DNA from: Phoronis australis
Taxonomy: Eukaryota; Animalia; Phoronida
DNA length: 64,000 bases
Assembly (NCBI GenBank): GCA_002633005.1
Contig: NMRA01000163.1
Location: 342,071 to 406,070, forward strand
Direction: 5' to 3'
Below the pieces are notes generated by a model that was not told the origin of the DNA, made no database searches, and saw only the letters and a list, made by a program, of their open reading frames with translations. The stretch's first letter is position 1, and every line of letters starts with the position of its first letter. Of the stretch, positions 26,901 to 39,005 are shown piece after piece. The translations under genes were made by a program, and so were the position numbers.

Positions 26901-29900
26901 AGTCAAGATACTGTATTTCATTCTGTGTTCAATTACATTTCATGGATTATCTATGTTAATTGCTCTTTATGCCCCCGAAATTTGAAGCTAAAAGTTTGAG
27001 TTTGATCTGGAAGTCTCGAGGTTCGAGCTTGAGGAATACTATAAATCTAATTCGTCATCAAGTGTTAAAGCATAAAATGGTCATGAATTCTTAAAAAAAA
27101 TTCAAAACTAATTTCGAGCTTAAGTTTTAGCTTTTGGAATTTTGGACAGGACCCGGTGTGGTGGAGATTGGAGTGATTTTTTTTCTTAATTTTTAATAAA
27201 AGACTATTGCTTCCTACATGTAGTTTCAATTTTGTATCACAGGTTGTCACATATTATGGGGATACATATTTATTAGAATCTTCCAAATGATGAAAAAAGG
27301 TCTGTTATGGCTATTGTTTTGTGCAAAAATTCATGCAAATTACCAAAATCCTGCGTACTGCAACAAATAGCAGTTTCTCGCTGAACTCTAAGCTCTTGGT
27401 GAGGAAGAGATGGATGGATTTGTTATTCCCGCTAGTGCACTTGTCTGACTGTTTAATACTTTCAACAATGTAAATTATTTGTTTTCTGTTTCAGTATTTT
27501 CATGCTTCTGTCTGGGCCAAAGTACAATTCAGTTTCTAAAGTTAGTGTCGTATGTTTGTACCAACAAATGGTGTCGCGATGCCAACAGGGGACAGAAGAA
27601 GAAGAAACAGCGTAACAAGTCAATTTCTCATGATGATTCAGGTGAGCTATAGTAAGCGCAGTGTTCACTCTAGGATGCATATTTGTGTCATTTAGTGTCG
27701 CCAAGCTAAAGAAGGCTTCGCTACCATGCCATTGAAATTTCTCGCATTATTAGTTTGTGCCTTGTTTTTTCAGATTTTCTCGACTACATTAACTGTATTT
27801 GACCTTCCAATGCCAGCAAACTTATACCGCAGCTGTGCTGTGGGCTACAACCCCGGTGATAGAAAGTTGGATAAATTTCGGAAGTATCGGTGAATACAAT
27901 ATTTTCCAATGTTTCCCAGAGTCAGCCGGCCATTTGTAAAATGAGGCAAATATTACAACATTTTTGCTGTCTCCAAAACAAAGATTTAAATCAGAGGCCA
28001 TTTTTATTCTTTTTGTACGTGCCTTGTTCATCATGAGTAAAATAGTTAATAGTTTGTTCTGTACCAAGTGGTTTGGGTAGATGAAAACTTGTGCTGGTGA
28101 ATTTTTAATGATTTCAGGGCCGAGTTTCAGTGTACCCCAATGGACTCCAAAAAACTTGGAAGGTTGGTCCACTGGACCCCGGTGCTTGTAGTTACTGTCG
28201 GTAGTAAAGCACGCATTGATTTGTGTCCTTAGTCATCTCATTCAACTTGCTCCATATTGTGCATTTTGCAAAAAGATTCTTCATTTTATGCACTACTAGC
28301 AATTGATTGATTTCAAAGCCTTTCTGGTGCTATGTTGTTCGTGTTTGATTGCTCTGTTGATCCCCCACATTCGTGTTTGAGACTTCGTAGGTGCTGCATT
28401 GGTGCCTTTCAAAGATATCTAGGATCCCAGGGAAATGTCCAAATTTGACAAGGTCATGTCTCAGCAATAGCTGATGGGATTCAAAAGTTGCATAAAATGA
28501 CATTGATTATGATAGAAAACTGTTATGCAGCATTTGGTCGTGTTATTGAATGCTGTTCTGTTGCTGTTATGATGGCCACAAATTATGTGACTGTCTGATT
28601 GAAAATGTCTTCACTGTAGTTCAGGCCTGGTGATTTCAAGCTTGTATTGTTTTGTTTCAATTGTATTTGAGATATTAAGACACCATGTTTTAAACTTAAT
28701 GTTTTAGTCTGCAATCCATTAGAGTCTATTCTACTGAAGTGCATGTCGATTGTTGTGCCTAGTTCAGTATGGCTTTGATCATTAGCATTAATTTTTATAA
28801 TTTGAAAAATGTTTGCATGTGAATACCTGCCAAACATCTCATCTGCCTTGCTTATTGTAAACCTCCCAAATCCACTAGTAGATTTGCCTTGAGTTCGTAT
28901 TGTGAGAAGGCTACATTGCCTTAATGGAACTTATGGTTAGACTCTTCTTGTCCATGGTGACTGTCTGTGATTGGTCAAAAGAGCAGCCTTTATACTGAAT
29001 ATGATAATGAGTATTCAATGGTATATGTCTAAATTACCTGCACTCATAAAAGAGTTGTCTTTTGCCCATTTGTCTAATGTTGGTGGTTGTTGAACTTATT
29101 TTAAATTAGCCTTAGTTCTGATTCTGATGTCCTGTCTGCTGTAATTCGTAAAAATTCACACCTGATCTCACAATAAGACAACTTGAGCACACACACAATG
29201 TGGACTCGCATCTTGCATGGAACAAGTACTAGGTTTCTGTGGCAAGTGAAATTTAGCTTTCGTTGTTTGTGCCATGATAGTTTCATTTTGGTTTTGCATC
29301 ACTCAGAAAGAAATAGCTAATAAATTCATTGCACAATGGCTAGGACAAGTTTCCTTGCTTTATGAATACTGAAATCTCAACTGACAATTATGAGCTTTCG
29401 AAAATACGCATTTACACGAAAAATGGATAGTGTTAATATCAGACACGGTCAAATCTTGCCATATTCATAGCTAATCATTTTTATTTTACAACTTATTGGT
29501 GTTGTATATTTCAGAGCTGTCAGCCAGCAGTGACTCAAAGTCAACCGCTGATGTAACCCTGTCTCAACCTTTAGTTCACTACCCTAACAACTTGAACGTC
29601 AGAGGTAAGCTTTTTTAATGACTTGTGTACTGATCTCAATCAATGAAGAGCCCCAGGCTTACACAATAACTAAGAAATTAACAGCAGTGAGGAAGTTTGG
29701 ATTTTGTCTAGGAATAGACATTATCTTTAGAATTTATGTTATTTGGTGGTGCTTCATAATCTTTAGGTTATCTTGTTCAAACAACTTGAAGCAAATAAGA
29801 TAAAAAGGTTATCTTACAATCCAGGGTTGAGTACTAGGAATTTTCATTAAGATTGACTTTTTCTGTCTATAATCTGTTGTCCATATTAAGTGAAACCTCT

Positions 29901-32900
29901 CTTAAAATTCATTAATTTCCTGTTCAGCTCTTTGGAAACAAGGCCAAGATGTTTGTAGCTCAGAGTCAGCGGGAACCCTCACAGAGATTCTGACACTGGT
30001 CTTTTTTGCTTCTCAAAAGATCGACACGTACAAAAGGGCTACTTGGGCAACGTGGACGACAAAATGTTATGAAAGCTTGAAATAAAAGCGAAATGCTGAA
30101 GTACTAACCTTGTAGCTACTGTTATTGGAACTGTATTTTACTAAATTACAATTTACAAAACATTTATCATTATCAATTGACCTTTTACAACATTTTGTGT
30201 ATTACAGACATCGCTTACTTCATGGTGGCGCCTACCCTTTGTTACGAGCTCAATTTCCCACGATCTGCTCGAATCCGTAAACGTTTTCTTGTGAAAAGAG
30301 TTCTTGAAATGGTAAGTGCATGGATCCTTGGTGTATGAACCCGAGACATTTTGAACAAGGAATGTACCATTTTGTTTTGGTGTTGTAGTTCATCTGTTTA
30401 TAAGCTAATTCATTGAGTATTCAGTAATTGTGTTGTGTGTCTATCAGTGACTGTCAGAATTATCATTTGAAGGCACCAAGAAAGTTAACATGCATGTTCA
30501 TATTTGTGCTGGCATACATTCTACAGACCCAAGTCATCCACAATCTACGTGCAGTAAAAAAATGTTAGCTTAGTGAATGGAAACAGCAATTTCTAGGATG
30601 ACGATAATCCCACAATTCAACATTCCAAACTCAGCGAGCAATCACATCTGACAGTCGCCATTTTGCTACGGGTACCTAGTTTACTATGGTCTAGTAAGCT
30701 GACAACAATTCTCGCATAACACTCGCCTTTCTCTTGTGAGATTTTTTGTGGTCTTTTCCTTGCTTTTTCAAGTCCTTTGCATCTGTGGAATGCCATCTTG
30801 ATTTTAGTCATGGTAGATCACGTGTGTAACAATGCTCTGCAGTCTCTGTTTCCATGTGTTTCCAGATTTTCCTGGCCCAAGTGATCATGGGCCTGATACA
30901 GCAGTGGATTATACCGACTGTTTCTAACTCCCTCGTTCCCTTTCACAATTCTGAATGGTCTAGGATCATAGAGAGGCTGCTCAAGCTAGCTGTAAGTTGA
31001 GTTCAACAGTGAAATAGTGTGTTCTCTGGGCAATGCTAGGTGTTGATAGAATTAGACGATTTTAAGATAATTAGCAATCGGCTAACCAGGGGCCCCACAT
31101 TTGTGCCAATTTTTAATATCAAGAAAGCTACCTTCGTCAGATGTATGTATTTTACTTAACTGCAGATTTCTCCACTCTGAACAAAACCCAAACATTCTGT
31201 AAATTCAACAATGGTTAAAAGATTGAAACATAATTATTTATCTGGCACCTTGGTGGGTCTTTTGCACTTTCAGGGTCCTGCGTTTTTGTGTGTAAGTCTA
31301 ATTTTTTTGAGTAGCGCTACAACACCTACAATGCTTTGAACATCTCTAACTCAGTGGGACACCGCACCCTTGACCCTCACATATTGAAATTGGCATGGCC
31401 CACAAGGGAAAACTTTCCAAATTGGATTCACATCGCCTGAAACATGTATACATTTGGGTATTGGTGCCTCTGAACACGCTGTGGGCGCGGGGCTCCAAGA
31501 GGCTCAGGGAACGTAGCATAAAGTTATGCTGCTTCTGCTATGTTGTCAATTCAGCACTGGCTGTTTCATTTGATCCAGTTCAACTACCTACTGGTGGGTA
31601 CTCAATAAGTTAAACTGACTTTCTTTCAAACTTTATGAGCATTCTTTGGGTGTGAGGTGGATGGTAATTTTCTCACAACTTTCTAACAACTAGCCCAAAG
31701 TGTCAGTCCTGGCTGTCAATTTTATTGACATTTTACACGCCATATCAGGTTGTGTTTGCTGAGAAATTTACCCTGCTCTTGAAATTTTCATTAGCATCTT
31801 GTGTTCTTTTTGGAAATCTCAGTACTGACTTAATTACCGACTGACATGCAAATAATTTCTAATTGAAGTGTTTTGTTGAACAACATCTGGAGAGAGTCAC
31901 ATGAAGTTGATAGTTTTTTTTTGATTTGCATCAAATACAAACAGAAGCATGTCAGACACCTTCCAAGATTTCCTTGGCAGTGGTAGCTGTATCATTAACA
32001 TCTGATAGGCAGCTTTTACTACTGTCATGTCTTTTCAGATTCCGAATCACTTGATTTGGTTAATATTCTTCTACTGGTTCTTTCACTCGTGCCTCAATGT
32101 GATTGCTGAACTGACAAAGTTTGGTGACAGAGAGTTCTACAAAGATTGGTGGTAAGTTGTGTCCCTTCTTGTAGAATTATTAAACAATGTTGAATTTGAT
32201 ACTGCTAACGGTTCTGTCACTGCTTAGTTTCTGTACAGCAATTATAATATGTATTTGCATGGTGATTTTCACTTTAGCTCACTGTTGATATGGCGGATAT
32301 GTGGATTTTTCTTTTGTCATTTTTTATCAACCTTTACCTTAAGAAAACTTTGCTTCATTCTTATCAAGGTTGTAAACTTCACAGCTGCTGTAAAACATCA
32401 CTTTTCCAAATTTTATTTTTAGCTGAATGTGAAAACAATTGATATGAGATTTATTCTTAATGTGTGAATTAATTGAAGCAATACGGTCTTGAAAGTCTTT
32501 GTCTTGATTTTGAAAGTCTTTGTCCTTATTGAGTCAATTTCAATAGGAAAATAATATATTGACCTTATATGAATGCATTTAAGATTAATTTTTTCTGTTC
32601 TCTTCTGATTTTAAACCCTACTGTATATCTTCGTGTATTCAGCATGCAATATGGCAGAAATTTGGAATGCTGGTTTGTGAGGAAAATGTTCAATAAGAAT
32701 AAGCGTTGAGATCATTGTAATTCCGCTTTGGTTCAATTTATCTTCTCTGCAGCTGCCATGAAACGGTAACCTTTCGGAAATAATTTGCAAAGTAGAGGGC
32801 CTTTGAAATCATTTCTATGCCGAAGAGACATTGTTTTAGTTCCAAGTAACTGAAGAATAGACCTGGACATTTGTCTTGCTTTGTCTATTATGGTTCATGT

Positions 32901-35216
32901 ATTATCATTATTATTGTTTTTATAAAATGTTGCCAATAGTTATTGGAAATTTTGAAACAAAAATGTGGATTTGAAATTCTGTATATTATATTGTTGAGTA
33001 CATTGTAACAAGGATCATCTGTCCTTTTATAATATTCCTTCTGGGCCTTTCCCAGATGAATTTTGATGGAATTTGCTAACTTTTTAAAAATCTATGTTTA
33101 ATTTGTTTTTGTATTGTTGTCATGGCTTCCTCTCATCATTGAACAACAGTTTCATGCTGGAAAAACTCAATGGAAATGAAAAAGGCGTAAAAATTGTCAG
33201 TAAATCCTCTAGTTATCCAATCCTATGGTGAGTTTGCGCTTTCCATGGGAGACTGAAATTCAAATTTTAAAATACAGTAACTGTAAGTCTTTTTCAAAAC
33301 AGTGAGTGCATTCTGGAAACATCGTGTAAGTTTAACACAACAGGAATGAGTCATAGTTGTGTCTGGCTGTGTATAAACATGCATAAATAAATTGAATGCA
33401 TTTGTCAGGAATGCTGAATCTGTAATGTCCTTCTGGTCGACGTGGAACATGCCTGTTCACCGCTGGGCGAGGCGACATGTCTATCTCCCAATGTTGGAAG
33501 CCAAGTTCAGCAAGATGACCGCCTCTGTATTCGTCTTTGTTATCTCCGCATTCTTCCATGAATACCTCGTCAGTGTACCGTTAAGGATGCCACGGCTGTG
33601 GGCCTTCTTTGCTATGCTGGGACAGGTATAACTTCACGTAGTTACCACACTTTCCAGGCTTTATCGTGTTTTAATTAACATAGACCTCAGGTATTAGCCA
33701 TACATTAGCTACGTTGTCATTATTATACAGTAAGTCCAAAAATGATTTATTTTGTGATTTGTATTATGCCACAACAGGATGAGTAACATCCATTACCCGT
33801 GTACCTGGCTGATGTAATTTTCCTCCCTTCTCTTCAACATAAATTTTAAATTAAAAGACCAGTTGTGTTTTTCGTATGATAGTGTGCTCCTTTATATAGA
33901 CTTCGGCTAATAGCCATGTAGTCGCTTCATAAAATCAGTGCTTATGCAACTGAAAAGGGAAATTCTATAGCATAATTTGGAAATTCAATACCACGATTCA
34001 AAATTCCAACCTCACCGTCCAATCCCTTCAGTGTCTGCCATTTTGGTACATTATGCAATCCTGTGATTTTGCTAGAAACTTGGTCTCCGCATCACTAACA
34101 GTGGTTGAAAATTATCTACCTTAAAAGGAATTTCCAGGCTTATAAAAGTGACAATTCATTGTTAATTAACAGCACTTTTTAAGTTGGTGAGTAATATTTG
34201 ATCCCAGGAAATTAACTGGTAGCAATGAAACACTAAGAGTTATTGGGATTTTACATGTTCTGATGTTACGTTTAGTAAAACTCCCAAGACCTCTGGTCAT
34301 GTTGAAGAATAGGATGTAATATGCCCAATACTGTTCCCATCGTGAGCAGTCACTATCCATGGAATAGAATGTGATGCGCATTGCCCAGCAAAAGATTCAC
34401 GTCTTGGTTTTTCACTTGCTTCCATTTAGCAAACACAGTTAATGCCATACTCATTGTTGAACACAGGCTGTTGTTTTTTAGTCTTTGGTGTTTGTTCAAG
34501 GAAAGTGAATGCAGACCAAGATCTATTGTTCAGTGGTTGACATCAAATTTAAAGTAGTTGCTCTTCCCTTATAAATAAATTTTATTAAAGTTTTATATAA
34601 CACCTCTTATCGTGTATGTACATAGTGAAGTGAAATATACAGTCACACTGTATAGTTACATGTAGCACGGATTCAGTACACATGAAAAGTGGAAAGTGTG
34701 TAGTTTGCATGATTAAACACTGTTTGAGCAAACGCAATGAAATGCAGTTGAATTCAAAAAGTACAACCTAGCAGGCTTATATCTATGTCTGGGGTTTTGA
34801 CTGTTTTGGCATTTCCTTATCAGGAAAGTGTTTACTTGAGGCATGTTATCAGCTGATGGCTCAAGATTAGTGTTAATTATCTGCTTGTGAATCTGGGGCA
34901 GAAAACACTCTGTCTGGGTCAATGATCTTAGTTTTTACATAACAGTCTGGGTTTTCAGACACAACTTCCTTGCAGATAGCGAGCACAACAGACTGCTTCT
35001 TATCACAAAATTCTCTCCATTTAAAGTGCAAGGCTGATTCTCGTTTTTTTCTCCTTTCAGGTTCCGTATGCTGTAATGGTCACTAAGTATCTACATGCAA
35101 AGCTGGGCAACATGGCAGTGTGGGTGTCCATTATATTGGGTCAACCACTGGCTATTCTCATGTACGCTCATGATTATTACATTAATTATTTGTTAAACAT
35201 GGAATCAGCTACCTAA
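17612..35216 (+). CDS. DGAT1: Diacylglycerol O-acyltransferase 1 (MBOAT family), spliced gene model of about 550 aa
   Basis: Exons 17612-17940, 18982-19069, 19889-19929, 23539-23624, 25299-25351, 26337-26439, 27495-27641, 29515-29604, 30208-30311, 30866-30991, 32039-32151, 33409-33625 and 35061-35216 join in frame (1653 nt). Motifs: [49 protein letters not shown] and catalytic AFFHEY. Confidence 0.96.
18982..19069 (+). CDS. DGAT1: DGAT1 exon
   Basis: [29 protein letters not shown]. Confidence 0.94.
19889..19929 (+). CDS. DGAT1: DGAT1 exon
   Basis: [14 protein letters not shown]; GTgagt donor. Confidence 0.92.
20434..23462. repeat. Near-identical tandem duplication of about 1.38 kb (20434-21811 and 22085-23462) joined at an N; probably two haplotypes assembled in tandem
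   Basis: The copies differ by scattered SNPs and small indels; the N at 22084 sits exactly at the start of copy 2. Confidence 0.9.
21807..22083 (+). mobile_element. 5' part of a HINE/Helentron-like element, cut off by the N gap
   Basis: T-run, atgcgcccac...gtggacgcat hairpin and GTCC-type microsatellite; near-identical reverse complement of 45965-46248. Confidence 0.85.
23539..23624 (+). CDS. DGAT1: DGAT1 exon
   Basis: [28 protein letters not shown]. Confidence 0.92.
25299..25351 (+). CDS. DGAT1: DGAT1 exon
   Basis: [17 protein letters not shown]; ttttAG acceptor and GTaagt donor; phases fit. Confidence 0.88.
26337..26439 (+). CDS. DGAT1: DGAT1 exon
   Basis: [34 protein letters not shown]. 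Confidence 0.92.
27495..27641 (+). CDS. DGAT1: DGAT1 exon
   Basis: [28 protein letters not shown]... Confidence 0.92.
29515..29604 (+). CDS. DGAT1: DGAT1 exon
   Basis: ...[11 protein letters not shown]. Confidence 0.9.
30208..30311 (+). CDS. DGAT1: DGAT1 exon
   Basis: [34 protein letters not shown]. Confidence 0.95.
30866..30991 (+). CDS. DGAT1: DGAT1 exon
   Basis: [26 protein letters not shown]...IIERLLKLA. Confidence 0.95.
32039..32151 (+). CDS. DGAT1: DGAT1 exon
   Basis: [37 protein letters not shown]. Confidence 0.96.
33409..33625 (+). CDS. DGAT1: DGAT1 exon with catalytic His
   Basis: [19 protein letters not shown]...[27 protein letters not shown]. Confidence 0.96.
35061..35216 (+). 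CDS. DGAT1: DGAT1 last coding exon
   Basis: VPYAV...[28 protein letters not shown]...stop TAA. Confidence 0.95.
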   Translation, partial: VPYAVMVTKYLHAKLGNMAVWVSIILGQPLAILMYAHDYYINYLLNMESAT

Positions 35217-35584
35217 GAATATGGCCAGCATGCTGAACAGTTTGTATCTCGACAACAGCTTCATGTACCTAGACTTGCCTACAAAGCAATGTGAAGAAAA
35301 ATGCATGTGCTTGACAAATTAAATTGAGACATATTTTTATACTGGTTGTGATTAAAGAATAAATTATATCACTTATTATCAATGGGGAAGCATGACTTGT
35401 ATTTGTTTGTATTTGACTTCAAGTCTTTAGATTTTGTGCTTTCCTTCACATTTTCAAAATTTTGATTTTCAATAAGTTCAATGCATTGTCTTACAAAAGT
35501 GATACCGGATATACTATGGTCAACAACAGTGTTTGCACCAATTTTCACTGAACTGTGGTGAGACAATTCACAGTTGTTTGAATT

Positions 35585-35706
35585 GTGGCAAGGTAATACT
35601 CTAGTTGATGACCAGCAGATACGGTGGCAAGGTAATACAATACTCAAGTTGATGGAGTTACAGATTTCATGGCAAGGTAATACTTGAGTTGATATACATA
35701 CAGATA
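35585..35706. repeat. Degenerate tandem repeat of about 40 bp, 3 copies, downstream of the DGAT1 stop
   Basis: tggcaaggtaatac...agttgat...cagat occurs three times. Confidence 0.8.
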
Positions 35707-38700
35707 TTGTGAATAATGTTCAACGATACTAATTATGCAGCAACAAGCATGGTCAGGTCAGGTCAGGTCCGTCTGTGTTTATTTTTGTACATTGTTATCG
35801 ATTCTTTTCTACTAATCATGTTATTCTGTGGGTGTGTATACATGTACCTTGTTGTTTATGGATGCCAAAAAACTGTCTGCCCTATGAAAATAAAATGGTA
35901 ATCTAGTCATTTCCACAAAGGTTTCAATGAGACACCCATTTTATGTTGGTCTTACATTTATACGTGGTCATTTTCTGTGAACAAAAAGCATTATGCCTGT
36001 GCCGCTTAATCATTACAGTGTTCTGGCTCATGGTACGCATGTTTAATGTGACGTCAGTTTGATGGTTTGGACCCAATTAAAGTGCAAAAATTAAAAATCG
36101 GTAAGTGATGAGGCAGTGCTGTAAATTACCAAGCACAAATTATTATCTGGCTATGGGCCCAGTCAATCTTAATCCTTCTCAATTCCCTGGGAGTGGGCCC
36201 AACAGTTCTCGGACCACACCGATTAATACTTCAAATGCTAAACTGTCCACGTGATTACCTGAATCAGAACCAATCAAAGACCTGAATTTTTTTGAAAATG
36301 TGACTAGCAAGTATGTCGTCATTAAACCAATGAAATATTCCTATCCAACTATTTAGTTGGATTGTATTCCAATCGGCCCAACTTTGCTATCAAGAATGGA
36401 ATTTTATAAATAACTTTTTAAATAACAAATAAATATGTTTAAAATCCTTGACGATCATACAGTCTTATGAGTATTTTTTCTAGGATTTTCATGGGAACTG
36501 AAATAAACTTCACAAACATGTAATTTTTCGCATGAAACTTGCAAATTCTGTTTCGTTATTACTATGAGTGCCTTGTTTTGCAAATCTGATCCTGTCCATT
36601 ATTTTGATTTGATATATTTACAATTACTTCTAAAAGTAGAATGAGTGAATTATGCAGTGCTTTATAGGTAAATATTTACAATCAAGTTTCATTTAATACA
36701 CTTTCATTTCCATTTCTGGACAAATTCAATATCCTGTGGAGCACGAAAAAGTTGATGTTGAAGTTCAACATGCGACATATACAAGTGCCTAACACATGCA
36801 CCAAACCATTTCCAAAATATATTTTGTATAACAGATGACAAAGAGGCAACACCCATATGCCTACAGGATGGCTGATGGACATCTGACGCACAATGTATGC
36901 TTTGATTCACTGCCTGCTGCCGGCCATTCTAACATCTGGGCGCCACCTTGTGGCCATTTGTGTGAGCTATACCGCAAGGAAGACCTACAATGTCATGAAT
37001 GTAATACTTATAAACAACACAAGAGAAATCATTAAGTTAAAGTCTCGCCAATTTCGGATACAAATAATTGCCAAAATTTACTAACCTTGTTTCGTTTTTC
37101 AACATCAAAGCATTGCTGAGAATGTCCACAATTTATCACAATATTTTCTTATGGGGCAGAACTTGGATGCCATATATCTGTGTCCTAAATTGGTGAGCTT
37201 TTTACCTCCCGTTATTTTCAACAGAGTCCAGACAATCCACACAAAAGAGGCTACACAACAATGCGTGCACTAATCTATGCCCAACCCTTTGCATAAATGG
37301 CAAATGTATGCATCAAAACATTACAATTTGGTACATGTTGGTACAGTTGCCAACCTAAGCCTCGTCTACTTTTGCTGCAAAATAGTTCAACTCGTACAAC
37401 AATACTATAATATAATATAGCCAAATTAAAAGCAGGATGTTGAAAACAAAAACAACGTCAAAGTACAGCATGGACGACACTTGGACATTGGGAAAATATA
37501 ATCCTCCGGTACAATAGCCAAACGCAGTAGAACAGAATACCACAGAATGCCATATCAGTGTGACAGGATCTCTCAACTAACAACTACATGACATACCACA
37601 ACACCCACAGGGCATAATATCAAAACATTCATGCTGCACTCTAAACATTTTTAGAACATACTATCACGAGAGCCATATTTGACATGGGACTTAGCATGAA
37701 CTGACACGAAACGAAATACTGCACAATGGTGCAGTCACATGATCCAGATTTTTTCAACAATTTGAGGTACTGGCATTCTCAAAGCGTCTCAAACTAGAAT
37801 ACAATCCTCCATGACTTACTCGTAGCATTATATATTACTGTTTGAGGGTTTAAAAAAAGCTATTAAATAAATATAAAATTACTGGGCAACCACTTTTGTA
37901 AGAAATTAAATAATAATATAGTTCATACTACGGTAAGTGACTCGAGCATGAATTACCGCCATGTAATGTATGCATAAAAATTCATAAGTCAATTGACGAG
38001 TGATCATGTTTCACAATGCAATGTACATGTAGAAAGATTATGTGACATTTTGACCCATAAATGTATAGACCTATACAGACAGCAAACATGAGTACATGGC
38101 GCACGGACTAGATTAAAATATCAAGTTTACTGAGCTTAAGGTATTCAAACTTAATGTTACTAATACATGTAGCTGCTAATAGTTAACTGGGATCAAAACA
38201 TCACCTGTTTAGCAGTGTGTAAGTAAAAGTAACACACAGTAGGGAACAATACATAGTCATGAATTTTGTGATATACATGTAAACTTGCAGGACAAGATTT
38301 AATAACTTGAGCCGTAGATGAGCAGGGTGTCCCAAAAATGGACACAAGAATACTTTGAAATTTGACTACTGTGAAATGGATTTACAGAAGGGTACTAATA
38401 ACTACAAACATCTCTAACTTCCAACAGTTTTGGCTTTCAGCATTAAGAGTCAACTGAAAAATATGTAGGCAGAAATGACCTGCATGACGGGAAAACAACT
38501 TTTTTGTATATTTTCATTTGGCTTGTCATCAATCATACTAGTTGGCCAGTTTCTACATCACTTACTTCAGAGGTTGTGGCTGCAATTTTTCGCCTATTTA
38601 GCATGCAACACAGCCAACAAGTTAAGGTCTATTTTGTCAAATTCCTCCACGAAAATAAAGATTAGGAACATTTTAGTCTATTACTAACATGATTTGCAGT

Positions 38701-38839
38701 GTTTAGATACCATAAAATAACTGGTAAAATTGCCATTATTCATAGCAAAGTAATCAGGCTTTCAAAAATGAATAAAAATGAATTTCAAATAATGGCCTCC
38801 ATGTTCAGACTTAAAGCAGAGTGTCCCATTGGATAGAAC

Positions 38840-39005
38840 TCAACGTGATCCATTCATAGAGCGAGGCGTCTCAGCGTTAGACATTATCCCCGTCGTTTTC
38901 TTCATTTGATCAAAACTCCAGTGGAGTTGCTGAACTTCGGCATCATGCCGTTGTCTATTGTCTTCTATTTCTTTCAGAAGGTGTTCATTTGTCTGTACTA
39001 GTGAC
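38840..39005 (-). CDS. CEP72: CEP72-like last coding exon
   Basis: SLVQTNEHLLKEIEDNRQRHDAEVQQLHWSFDQMKK...stop. Confidence 0.92.

Noticed and set aside
33332-33559. Antisense ORFs over exons (also 5544-5735 and 50330-50734)
   Set aside because: Shadow frames on the opposite strand of real coding exons.
36683-37300. Possible old HINE-like remnant between DGAT1 and CEP72
   Set aside because: Only scattered motifs; too degenerate to call.
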